IMG/VR virus record: IMGVR_UViG_2778261670_000003 | Direction: 5' to 3' (one strand) | Source: a virus | Lineage: Duplodnaviria > Heunggongvirae > Uroviricota > Caudoviricetes | DNA: 37,551 nt | Part shown: positions 9,369-17,481 of the stretch, piece by piece | Layout of the letters: every line of letters starts with the position of its first letter | Numbering within the stretch: the first letter of the stretch is position 1 | The notes under the pieces: generated by a model | Databases searched by the model: none | Told to the model about the DNA's origin: nothing | Seen by the model: only the letters and a program-made list of their open reading frames with translations | Made by a program: the position numbers and the translations under genes

Positions 9369-9602
9369 ATGCGCATTGAAATAATGATCGATAAAGAGCA
9401 GAAGATTAGCCAGTCTACCCTGGACGCCCTTGAATCCGAGCTTTACCGCAATCTGCGCCCCCTGTATCCCAAAACGGTAATTCGCATTCGCAAAGGTAGC
9501 TCTAACGGTGTGGAACTAACCGGACTGCAACTGGATGAAGAAAGAAAACAAGTGATGAAAATTATGCAGAAGGTGTGGGAGGACGACAGCTGGCTGCATT
9601 AA
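9369..9602 (+). CDS. dinI: DinI-family protein (186 Tum-like C-terminal antirepressor domain)
   Basis: 77-aa product MRIEIMIDKEQ…, similar in length and pattern to E. coli DinI (MRIEVTIAK…). GAGGTG SD upstream. LexA box upstream. Confidence 0.8.
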   Translation: MRIEIMIDKEQKISQSTLDALESELYRNLRPLYPKTVIRIRKGSSNGVELTGLQLDEERKQVMKIMQKVWEDDSWLH

Positions 9603-9610
9603 GAAACGTT

Positions 9611-9640
9611 GCCCCCAGGAGGATTCATTCTGATGGGGGC
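9611..9640 (+). terminator. GC-rich hairpin (GCCCCCA-16nt-TGGGGGC) after dinI-like gene
   Basis: Seen directly; weak T-tract (tagttt) follows. Confidence 0.3.
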
Positions 9641-9800
9641 TAGTTTGGGCAATGAGTGAAATAAGGCGTAAGGTGGGCGGTTATTTTGATAAGTGATCGT
9701 CCGCTTTGTGTCAGAAGCAGAAGCAGAAGTGGGAGTGTCTGAGACTCTCTAAAAGTTGATGATTCACTTACAAAACCATTTTCCTGATGGATGCTTACAC

Positions 9801-10136
9801 TTACGAATGATTATTCTGTTTAGTCTTCATGAGAAAATCCCGAATCTTTGCCAAGTTTGAGTTTTCGGGGATTGAATCCATGTACGGATCACGCTCAAAC
9901 ACTAATTGCTCAGATTCAACGAAAGCCTGCCACTCTACTGGGTCTAGCTCAAATCCCATTGCTGTCATATCACTTTCATCTTCCCCCTCGATCCAGTGGA
10001 CTAAATAAAACAATTCATCATCAGGAGAATCATCCTCACCATCGACAATATCAACATCGGTTACAGTGATACGTAGGGTGGGATCGATTTTTGAGACATA
10101 AATTCCTAACTGTGGTATAGGGGGAATATTGTTCAT
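9801..10136 (-). CDS. Small highly acidic protein (111 aa), unknown function
   Basis: AGGAG SD 5 nt upstream of ATG at 10136. Very D/E-rich (DGEDDSPDDE, EGEDESD). Divergent from the retron. Confidence 0.7.
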   Translation of the reverse strand: MNNIPPIPQLGIYVSKIDPTLRITVTDVDIVDGEDDSPDDELFYLVHWIEGEDESDMTAMGFELDPVEWQAFVESEQLVFERDPYMDSIPENSNLAKIRDFLMKTKQNNHS

Positions 10137-10588
10137 GGAAACTCCTTTTATTGGTGCTTGCTATTTGAATAAAAATACGCCAAACAGAGTGTTAACTGTG
10201 AATATGGAAAGAATCGTTGTAAGTACCCCGCTTAGGTGTCCCATTCTATTTTAGAGGTTCTCGTGCATATGGATTATGTTATCTGAAAGTTAACTTCCGC
10301 TTCCCGTTCACAGCGAACATTCATCTTTGTAAACCCGTATGATCCGTTTTTCAAGTGGCCATTCAGATACGGATTTTCACTTCCTTGACAGTGCATGACT
10401 ATGCTGCATGAAATCGCATGATCGATTGAGGATCGTCTTTGCTCAGATCCGCCAGAACTGGCGGGCTTTTGCTCATGTCATGCATGTGCATGAAAACCAC
10501 TGCATAAAGCGGGCAGGCGTGGCGGGGATACGAGCGCGCGCTGAGCTGCATTCACTTGAATAATCCGTATGTTAGTGCTAGCCTAGCT

Positions 10589-10743
10589 GTGCCCTTAGCA
10601 GGAAAGTACATTCAATATGTTACTTTCTAGTGGTTGGTGTTTAGCCAACTCGTATGGATTGCTTGGTATCTCGACACAAGTTAGCCTTGTGTCATTTATA
10701 GACACCAGGCTAACTTGTGTCTCGGGAACTCTTGTATGGGCAT
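10589..10743 (+). ncRNA. Candidate retron msr-msd non-coding RNA (boundaries approximate)
   Basis: Ec86-like GTGCCCTTA-G motif at 10589-10598 (candidate a1 plus branching G). Imperfect complement TATGGGCAT at 10735-10743 (candidate a2). Two msr-like stem-loops at 10602-10627 and 10632-10647. A perfect 14-bp inverted repeat with nested hairpin at 10673-10721 is msd-like. Lies directly upstream of the effector and RT on the same strand. Confidence 0.4.
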
Positions 10744-11669
10744 TAATTGTTATGTGGTTTAAACATCCTAGATATTTACGAGCAAAAGAAAATTTTATTT
10801 CAAGTTTTTTTCCAAGTAACTTGAATTCTTTTAATTATATCCTGCCAAAAGTATTATTTATTTGTGGAGGAGATGAGACTTATTGTTCAAATAGAGGGAT
10901 GCTGGAAAAATATATTGCTAAGCATCATAAAGAATTTGTTACTTTTCGAGCAGAATTAGCATGGGACGTAATTAGCAATTTAGGAACTCATAGTAATGTG
11001 AATGCGTTATCACTTGAAGAATGGCTTGCGGATTTTTCTGATGTGGTAATTATTCTCGTAGAGAGTTATGGCACTGTAGCTGAATTGGGCGCATTTTCAT
11101 TAAGTCCTGTTTTACGTAAAAAACTTCTTCCTATATTAGATAAAAAGTTTGAAAGTCATAAGTCATTTATCAATACAGGGCCCGTAAAATGGGTTGATAG
11201 TGAATCCAAATTTGGCCCTACAATCTATACTGAATTTGAGACAATTTTAACGTGTATGCCTAAAATAAATGAAAGGCTAAATAGGAAAGTTCAATCAAAC
11301 ATAACTAATACAAATTCAATAGGTGATTACAAATATTCACCAAAAATTTTTTTATTTTTTGTGCTCGTTGTTATATCTTCTTTAGGTCCAATAACAATTC
11401 CTGAGATTATTAATATCACAGGTAGGTTGATAAATTATAAAATTAATAAAAATATTTCATTTGTTGTTTCTATTGGAGTTGCTCTTGGGATTTTTAAGGA
11501 AAGTCGATTTGAGGGCGTGACCCATTATTCATGTGTCGATTATATTAAATTTTTTAATCATGAAAAGATGAAAGATTTAGTTGAAAGTATTCAACGAAGT
11601 AGAGCTAGATCATTATCCGATTTAATAATGATATCTAAATTCAAAGCAGAATTAGAAAGGATCATGTGA
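10617..11669 (+). CDS. Retron effector, nucleoside 2-deoxyribosyltransferase-like (NDT-like) with C-terminal hydrophobic segments
   Basis: ESYGTVAELGA resembles the NDT catalytic-glutamate motif, after a beta-strand-like KVLFICGG. Two C-terminal hydrophobic stretches. AT-rich. The 10617 ATG has an AGGAAA SD but lies inside a predicted RNA hairpin; the true start may be ATG 10752, just after the candidate a2. Confidence 0.7.
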   Translation: MLLSSGWCLANSYGLLGISTQVSLVSFIDTRLTCVSGTLVWALIVMWFKHPRYLRAKENFISSFFPSNLNSFNYILPKVLFICGGDETYCSNRGMLEKYIAKHHKEFVTFRAELAWDVISNLGTHSNVNALSLEEWLADFSDVVIILVESYGTVAELGAFSLSPVLRKKLLPILDKKFESHKSFINTGPVKWVDSESKFGPTIYTEFETILTCMPKINERLNRKVQSNITNTNSIGDYKYSPKIFLFFVLVVISSLGPITIPEIINITGRLINYKINKNISFVVSIGVALGIFKESRFEGVTHYSCVDYIKFFNHEKMKDLVESIQRSRARSLSDLIMISKFKAELERIM

Positions 11670-11670
11670 T

Positions 11671-12600
11671 ATGTTAATTGAGTATCTAGCTAAAGTTTTA
11701 CTGTTAGAAGCTGATTTTATATTAAAAGTTGCAAATGATGCTAACTCGCATTATGGTAAATTTTCTGTACCTAAAAAAGGCGGTGGGACAAGAATCGTCT
11801 ATCAGCCCTCTAAAGAATTAAAAGTTTTGCAGAGATTACTTCATGATAATGTTCTGTCGAAATTGCCGATTCATCCAAATGCTGTAGCATATCAGCAGGG
11901 TTCATCAGTGTTCAAACATGCAAGCATTCACAAAGCTAAACGTTTTATGCTTAAGATGGACTTTGAAGGTTTTTTTGATTCAATTAAGGAAAGTGATGTT
12001 GAGAGATTTATAAACGACAACAAGCATTTCTTCAGTGATGATTGGTCAAAGGATGATACTGATTTGCTGGTAAAAATAGTATGCTTTAACGGGAGACTGA
12101 CTATGGGTGCTGTTAGTTCCCCTGTGGTAAGCAATGCTATATGCTATGAATTAGATCATATATTGAATGAATTTTGTCTTTCAAAAGGTGTAACATATAC
12201 ACGCTATGCTGATGATATGTACTTCTCAACAAACGAAGAAAATGTATTGAAGCAAATACCACCTTTTTTACGCTCGAATTTAAAAACTTTAAAATACCCA
12301 TCAAAACTATGGATTAATAGAAAAAAGACACTGCATATGTCAAAGAAAAATAAAATGATGGTTACGGGTGTGACTTTGACAACAGATGGTGGAGTATCCT
12401 TAGGGAGAGATAAAAAAAGGATGGTTAAATCGCTTATTTTTAAATGGGAGGCTCTTGATGAGAAGAAAAGGCTATTTCTTCAAGGATATTTATCGTATTG
12501 CAAAAGTGTTGAGCCATTATTTATTAATAGGCTTTGTGCGAAATATTCATCAGAGCTGATTGATGAAATCCAGAGATATCAACCTGAAGTATCAGAATAA
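11671..12600 (+). CDS. Retron-type reverse transcriptase
   Basis: Motifs VYQPSKELKVLQ, LKMDFEGFFDSI, YTRYADDMYFS (YADD catalytic) and MVTGVTLT (retron VTG motif) align with Ec86 RT as I recall it. 309 aa, the typical retron RT size. Confidence 0.9.
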   Translation: MLIEYLAKVLLLEADFILKVANDANSHYGKFSVPKKGGGTRIVYQPSKELKVLQRLLHDNVLSKLPIHPNAVAYQQGSSVFKHASIHKAKRFMLKMDFEGFFDSIKESDVERFINDNKHFFSDDWSKDDTDLLVKIVCFNGRLTMGAVSSPVVSNAICYELDHILNEFCLSKGVTYTRYADDMYFSTNEENVLKQIPPFLRSNLKTLKYPSKLWINRKKTLHMSKKNKMMVTGVTLTTDGGVSLGRDKKRMVKSLIFKWEALDEKKRLFLQGYLSYCKSVEPLFINRLCAKYSSELIDEIQRYQPEVSE

Positions 12601-12606
12601 CGTGTG

Positions 12607-12637
12607 TGCGCATGAAAATTTCCATGCGCATTTTCTT
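12607..12637 (+). terminator. Rho-independent terminator (TGCGCATG-8nt-CATGCGCA then TTTTCTT) after the RT gene
   Basis: Perfect 8-bp stem followed by a T-run; sits between convergent RT and portal genes. Confidence 0.6.
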
Positions 12638-13661
12638 AAAAACAGTAGTCATTAAATGAAATAATTTCTTTTCCAGCCCAGTTATTCAGTGATTCAAAAT
12701 TCTTTTGCAATGGCATTAACTCATTCCGCACAAACACTTTGCTTGCCTTCTCCACATCCCCAAATCCCCCAACATTATTAGGCATAATCCCCATCATCTG
12801 CGGCGGCACGCGGTGTGCCGCCATCATGTCATCGCGACTAACATTTTTGATATTCAAAAACTCATCCTTCGCCGCGACTTCTGACAATGGGATGATCTGA
12901 AGCCCGTCTTTTTTGCCGTTAGGCGAGTACATAAACAGGTTGCGGAAGTTGCCTGGCCCTTTGGCGCTTTTCATCGCGTTGCGGAGGTTGTTCACATCCT
13001 CCTGGTTCTGAGCGGCATCGGTCATGTACATTATGAATCCTGCATGGCTGCCATTAATATAATATTTGCGTCGGAACAGCGTGGCGGACTCGTTGAGCAG
13101 GGCTGACGGAATGGCAGAAAGATAACCGGGCAGGCCGTAGATCTCCTGGTTGATATCGGGTTCCATCAGATGAAAGATGCTGCCTTTCGTGAACTGATAC
13201 GGCTGGGTTGTCATACTGTATTGCACAAACCAGTAGGTATCCAGGTCTAACCCGCGTCGGGTGTATTTTGCCAGTGCAGGCTCAAGGGCGATAACTTCAC
13301 CGAAGCGGTTCGTGCGTTTCTCCAGGTAGGCGTTACCAAAAACCAGATAGTCCTGCACAAAACGCGAAAAAGCCTGCTGGCTGAGCAGCGGGTGAGGGAT
13401 GTAGGTGCTGGTCAGAATGTTGCACTTCACTGCAATCGGTGAGCTGTGATGCACGGCGGCGCGGAAGGTTCGCGCCAGTCCGTCGAAACTCACAGGCGGC
13501 TCATACCAACGATCCATCTGTACGCATTCCACATAGTCCAGCAGTTCGCGGCGGTCCAGAACAGGAACGGGATCACCGAAGCTGAATGCTTCGGCTGAAG
13601 TTTGGTTTTTATGCTGGATCTGATTCGTCGCCGCAGCGCGTTTTTTCTTACTCTTTCCCAT
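12636..13661 (-). CDS. Portal protein (P2 gpQ-like)
   Basis: 341-aa product, size and position match P2 Q. ATG at 13661; the ORF track begins one codon earlier at a TTG. Confidence 0.9.
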   Translation of the reverse strand: MGKSKKKRAAATNQIQHKNQTSAEAFSFGDPVPVLDRRELLDYVECVQMDRWYEPPVSFDGLARTFRAAVHHSSPIAVKCNILTSTYIPHPLLSQQAFSRFVQDYLVFGNAYLEKRTNRFGEVIALEPALAKYTRRGLDLDTYWFVQYSMTTQPYQFTKGSIFHLMEPDINQEIYGLPGYLSAIPSALLNESATLFRRKYYINGSHAGFIMYMTDAAQNQEDVNNLRNAMKSAKGPGNFRNLFMYSPNGKKDGLQIIPLSEVAAKDEFLNIKNVSRDDMMAAHRVPPQMMGIMPNNVGGFGDVEKASKVFVRNELMPLQKNFESLNNWAGKEIISFNDYCF

Positions 13662-15427
13662 CAAAAAATCTCCACAATATTGCTGGTATTGGCGGACTCG
13701 CCCTGCAGCGGTTCGTTAAACAGTGCGTGCATGGTTGCCCAGGCCAGATCGGCATGGCTGGCTTCTTCGCTGCGGCTGGCTTCATAGGTCGGGCGGTTGC
13801 CGCTGGCGGTGGTGGCGCGACGGATTGCCATAAATGACTGCGCTATGTCGGTGTGTCCGGCGTCAAACTCCAGACGGCGGTGACTGATAATGTCGTAGGC
13901 CTTGAGTACCAGGGCGTTTTTAACGTTGGGGTTGTAGACAAACTCCCGGACGGCTGGAAAAAACGCTTTCACGTTCTCGTAAACCCCGTGGCCGACACCT
14001 GTCGAGTCGATGCCGATGTAGGTCACGTTGTACTGCTCGGTCAGTTTTTTGATGGCGTCAGCCTGGGCGCGGAAGTCCATCCCGCGCCACTGGTGACGCT
14101 CAAGAATGCGGAACTTGCCGCCCGGCACGGCTGGCGGTGCCACCACCACGCATCCGGCGCTGTCGCCGTTCTGCGTACCTTTGGCCGGGTCATAACCGAT
14201 CCACACTTCGCGCCAGCCAAACGGGCGCAGTGCCAGTGCATGAAAGTCGGTCCAGACTTCCCAGCTGTCCACCATGCACGCCTGCAGCTCGCTGAGCGGG
14301 AACACGGACGCGAGATCGTCCACGAACTCGCACATCAGCAGGTTTTGGTATTCGTCCGGGCTGTACTCCATGCGTAGCTGGTCGAGGTCGAACAGGTTAC
14401 AGCCGCCGCGCACCGCATCTTCCACGGTGACTATCTGGCGGTATTGCCCGTCAGCGCACAGCAGGCCGGGGGCCAGGTTGTTGTGGGACAGGTCGATGTC
14501 CACCTTATCGGCTTTGTTGCGTCCACGGTTGAACAGCGCACCGGACCAGAACGGATAAGCACTGTGGGTCAGGCTGGATGGCGTGGAAAAATAGGTTTGT
14601 CGCCATTTTTTGTGAATAGCCATACCGGAAGCCACTTTGCGCAGCTCCTGGAATTTCGGTATCCAGAAATATTCATCCAGATACAGGTTGCCGTGGTAAC
14701 TCTGGGCCGTGCGGGCATTGGTGCCGAGGAAGTAAAGCGTGGCCCCGTTAGGAAGCACCATCGGATCGCCTTTCAGCTCCACCTCCACTTCTTTGGCGAA
14801 GTCGATGATGTACTGCTTAAAGACGTGGGCCTGTGCCTTACTGGCGGAAAGGAAAATCTGGTTACGCCCGGTAAGCAGGGCGTCAATCAGGGCTTCACGG
14901 GCAAAGTAAAAGGTCGCGCCGATCTGGCGTGACTTCAGCAGGTTGCGGATGCGGTTGGTTTTTCCGGCTTCCCACCAGTGGCGCTGGTAGTTGAACATGG
15001 AGGAATGGAAGATTTCTTCCAGCTTCTCAATCTGCTCATCGGTGAAAACATTCTTTTCCGGCTGACGGCGTGGGCCTTTGTTGCGGTTGGCGACGTTAGG
15101 GTTTAAGTCGGCTTCGTTGCCGCCATTGTTAAACTTGCCGATCCGCGCGTGGCGCTCCGACTGGCGCGCCAGCAGGTCAATCTCTTTGAAATCTTTCCCT
15201 TCTTTGTGCTCCTTCATGATGAGCTGGCAGTAGCGTGCGGCGGTGGTGAGCTGCATCTGATCCAGCGGCCCATAGTCACCCCACTTGTCGCGTTTTTTCC
15301 AGCTGTGAACGGTTGCAACTTTCTCGCCCAGCATTTCAGCTATGCGGGCTACGCGGTATCCCTGAAAGTACAGCAGCATGGCCTGCCGACGGGGATCGAG
15401 ATCTGCGGGTGTCAGTGTGGTGTTCAT
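13661..15427 (-). CDS. Terminase large (ATPase) subunit (P2 gpP-like)
   Basis: 588 aa, co-oriented with portal. P2 P is about 590 aa. Confidence 0.9.
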   Translation of the reverse strand: MNTTLTPADLDPRRQAMLLYFQGYRVARIAEMLGEKVATVHSWKKRDKWGDYGPLDQMQLTTAARYCQLIMKEHKEGKDFKEIDLLARQSERHARIGKFNNGGNEADLNPNVANRNKGPRRQPEKNVFTDEQIEKLEEIFHSSMFNYQRHWWEAGKTNRIRNLLKSRQIGATFYFAREALIDALLTGRNQIFLSASKAQAHVFKQYIIDFAKEVEVELKGDPMVLPNGATLYFLGTNARTAQSYHGNLYLDEYFWIPKFQELRKVASGMAIHKKWRQTYFSTPSSLTHSAYPFWSGALFNRGRNKADKVDIDLSHNNLAPGLLCADGQYRQIVTVEDAVRGGCNLFDLDQLRMEYSPDEYQNLLMCEFVDDLASVFPLSELQACMVDSWEVWTDFHALALRPFGWREVWIGYDPAKGTQNGDSAGCVVVAPPAVPGGKFRILERHQWRGMDFRAQADAIKKLTEQYNVTYIGIDSTGVGHGVYENVKAFFPAVREFVYNPNVKNALVLKAYDIISHRRLEFDAGHTDIAQSFMAIRRATTASGNRPTYEASRSEEASHADLAWATMHALFNEPLQGESANTSNIVEIF

Positions 15428-15473
15428 GGCACAAACCTACAGCCTTGAATGAAGGCTTTCCCCGCCTGCGGTT

Positions 15474-15491
15474 TGTGTGGTTGTCGGTACA
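15474..15491 (+). promoter_or_regulatory. TGT-N12-ACA dyad, Ogr-dependent late promoter element (P_O-like)
   Basis: TGTgtggttgtcggtACA in the P/O divergent intergenic region. Confidence 0.45.
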
Positions 15492-15569
15492 AATACCGCG
15501 CATTGTTTCACTACCCCCATCACCGCAACCATAAGGCTCCAGTAAGTTTTTTTTAACGGAGCACGGCTC

Positions 15570-16403
15570 ATGACAGTGAAAGCAAAGCGTTTTCGCATCG
15601 GGGTGGAAGGTGCCACCACCGACGGACGCGAAATCCAGCGTGAATGGCTGGAACAGATGGCAGCCAGCTACAACCCGGCGGTGTATACCGCGCTGATTAA
15701 CCTTGAGCACATCAAGTCTTATCTGCCGGACAGCACCTTTAACCGCTACGGCAAGGTGACGGCGCTGTTTGCTGAGGAAATCACGGAAGGTCCGCTGGCA
15801 GGCAAGATGGCGCTGTATGCCGACGTTGAGCCAACGGAGTCCCTGGTGGAACTGGTGAAAAAAGGCCAGAAATTATTCACCTCTATGGAAGTCAGCCCGA
15901 AGTTCGCTGATACGGGCAAAGCCTACCTGGTCGGCCTGGCTGCCACTGATGACCCTGCCAGTCTGGGCACTGAAATGCTGACATTCAGCGCCAGTGCAGC
16001 CCATAACCCGCTGGCAAACCGCAAGCAGAATCCTGCCAATCTCTTTACCGCTGCAGAGGAAACGGTGATCGAACTGGAGGAAGTCCAGGACGACAAACCG
16101 TCCCTGTTTGCCCGCGTCACGGCGCTGTTCACCAAAAAAGAGCAGTCCGATGACGCCCGGTTCTCTGATGTGCATAAGGCCGTGGAGCTGGTCGCCACTG
16201 AGCAGCAAAACCTGAACGCGCGAACCGAAAAATCTCTGTCTGAGCAGGAAGAACGCCTGTCTGAACTGGAGTCTGCTCTGCAGAAGCAGCAAACCGCCTT
16301 TAATGAACTGGTGAATAAGCTGAGTCATGAAGACAGCCGCCAGGACTACCGCCAGCGTGCAACAGGCGGTAACGCCCCCGCTGACACTCTGACCAATTGC
16401 TGA
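15570..16403 (+). CDS. Capsid scaffolding protein (P2 gpO-like)
   Basis: 277 aa, first gene of the rightward late operon, ACGGAG SD. Confidence 0.85.
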   Translation: MTVKAKRFRIGVEGATTDGREIQREWLEQMAASYNPAVYTALINLEHIKSYLPDSTFNRYGKVTALFAEEITEGPLAGKMALYADVEPTESLVELVKKGQKLFTSMEVSPKFADTGKAYLVGLAATDDPASLGTEMLTFSASAAHNPLANRKQNPANLFTAAEETVIELEEVQDDKPSLFARVTALFTKKEQSDDARFSDVHKAVELVATEQQNLNARTEKSLSEQEERLSELESALQKQQTAFNELVNKLSHEDSRQDYRQRATGGNAPADTLTNC

Positions 16404-16419
16404 TGGAGCACAAAACCCG

Positions 16420-17478
16420 ATGAAGAAGAATACCCGCTTTGCTTTTAACGCTTACCTGCAGCAGCTGGCGCGTCTGAACGGTGTGGCAGTTGAAGAACTG
16501 TCCAGCAAGTTCACTGTAGAGCCGTCTGTACAGCAGACGCTGGAAGACCAGATCCAGCAGTCCGCCGCTTTCCTGACGCTGATTAACGTCACGCCAGTGA
16601 CTGAGCAGTCTGGTCAGTTGCTGGGTCTGGGTGTTGGCAGCACCATTGCCGGAACCACTGACACCACCGCGAAAGAGCGTGAGCCTGTCGATCCGACGCT
16701 GATGGTTGATGTGGAATATAAATGCGAGCAGACCAACTTTGACACGGTGCTGACCTACGCGAAGCTGGACCTGTGGGCGAAGTTTCAGGATTTCCAGGTG
16801 CGCATCCGTGACGCCATCGTGAAACGTCAGGCACTGGACCGCATCATGATCGGCTTTAACGGCGTGAAGCGTGCGAAAACCTCCAACCGTAGTGAAAACC
16901 CGCTGCTGCAGGATGTAAACAAAGGCTGGCTGCAGAAAATCCGTGAGGATGCACCGGATCACGTCATGGGCAGCACCACCACGGGCGGTGAAACCACTCC
17001 GGGCGTGGTGAAAGTCGGGAAAGGTGGCGAATATGCCAACCTGGACGCCGTAGTGATGGATGCCGTCAATGAGCTTATCGATGTGGTCTACCAGGACGAT
17101 GACGATCTGGTGGTGATTTGCGGTCGTGAACTGCTGTCTGACAAGTATTTCCCGCTGGTCAACAAAGAGCAGGAAAACAGTGAAAAACTGGCTGCCGATA
17201 TGATCATCAGTCAGAAACGCATGGGTGGCCTGCAGGCCGTGCGTGCGCCGTTCTTCCCGCCGAATGCGCTGCTGATCACCCGTCTGGATAACCTGTCCAT
17301 CTACTGGCAGGAAGACACCCGCCGCCGTTCAGTTATCGACAACCCGAAACGTGACCGGATTGAAAATTTTGAATCTGTTAACGAAGCCTATGTGGTTGAG
17401 GACTACCGCTGCGCCGCACTGGTGGAAAACATCCAGATTGGCGATTTCAGCGCCGCTGCAGCAGAAGCCGGAGCGTAA
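16420..17478 (+). CDS. Major capsid protein (P2 gpN-like)
   Basis: 352 aa; N-terminus …TRFAFNAYLQ… resembles P2 N. Confidence 0.9.
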   Translation: MKKNTRFAFNAYLQQLARLNGVAVEELSSKFTVEPSVQQTLEDQIQQSAAFLTLINVTPVTEQSGQLLGLGVGSTIAGTTDTTAKEREPVDPTLMVDVEYKCEQTNFDTVLTYAKLDLWAKFQDFQVRIRDAIVKRQALDRIMIGFNGVKRAKTSNRSENPLLQDVNKGWLQKIREDAPDHVMGSTTTGGETTPGVVKVGKGGEYANLDAVVMDAVNELIDVVYQDDDDLVVICGRELLSDKYFPLVNKEQENSEKLAADMIISQKRMGGLQAVRAPFFPPNALLITRLDNLSIYWQEDTRRRSVIDNPKRDRIENFESVNEAYVVEDYRCAALVENIQIGDFSAAAAEAGA

Positions 17479-17481
17479 CCC

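Noticed and set aside
9712-9729. CAGAAG hexamer repeated three times
   Set aside because: Too short and isolated to call a functional repeat; likely chance microsatellite in an intergenic region.
10367-10570. 9-bp inverted repeat ATACGGATT / AATCCGTAT as the retron a1/a2 pair
   Set aside because: It would leave the strong msd-like 14-bp hairpin (10673-10721) and the Ec86-like CCCTTAG motif outside the ncRNA; kept only as an alternative model.
16300-16962. 220-aa minus-strand ORF overlapping the O/N genes
   Set aside because: Antisense to scaffold and capsid genes; no start context.
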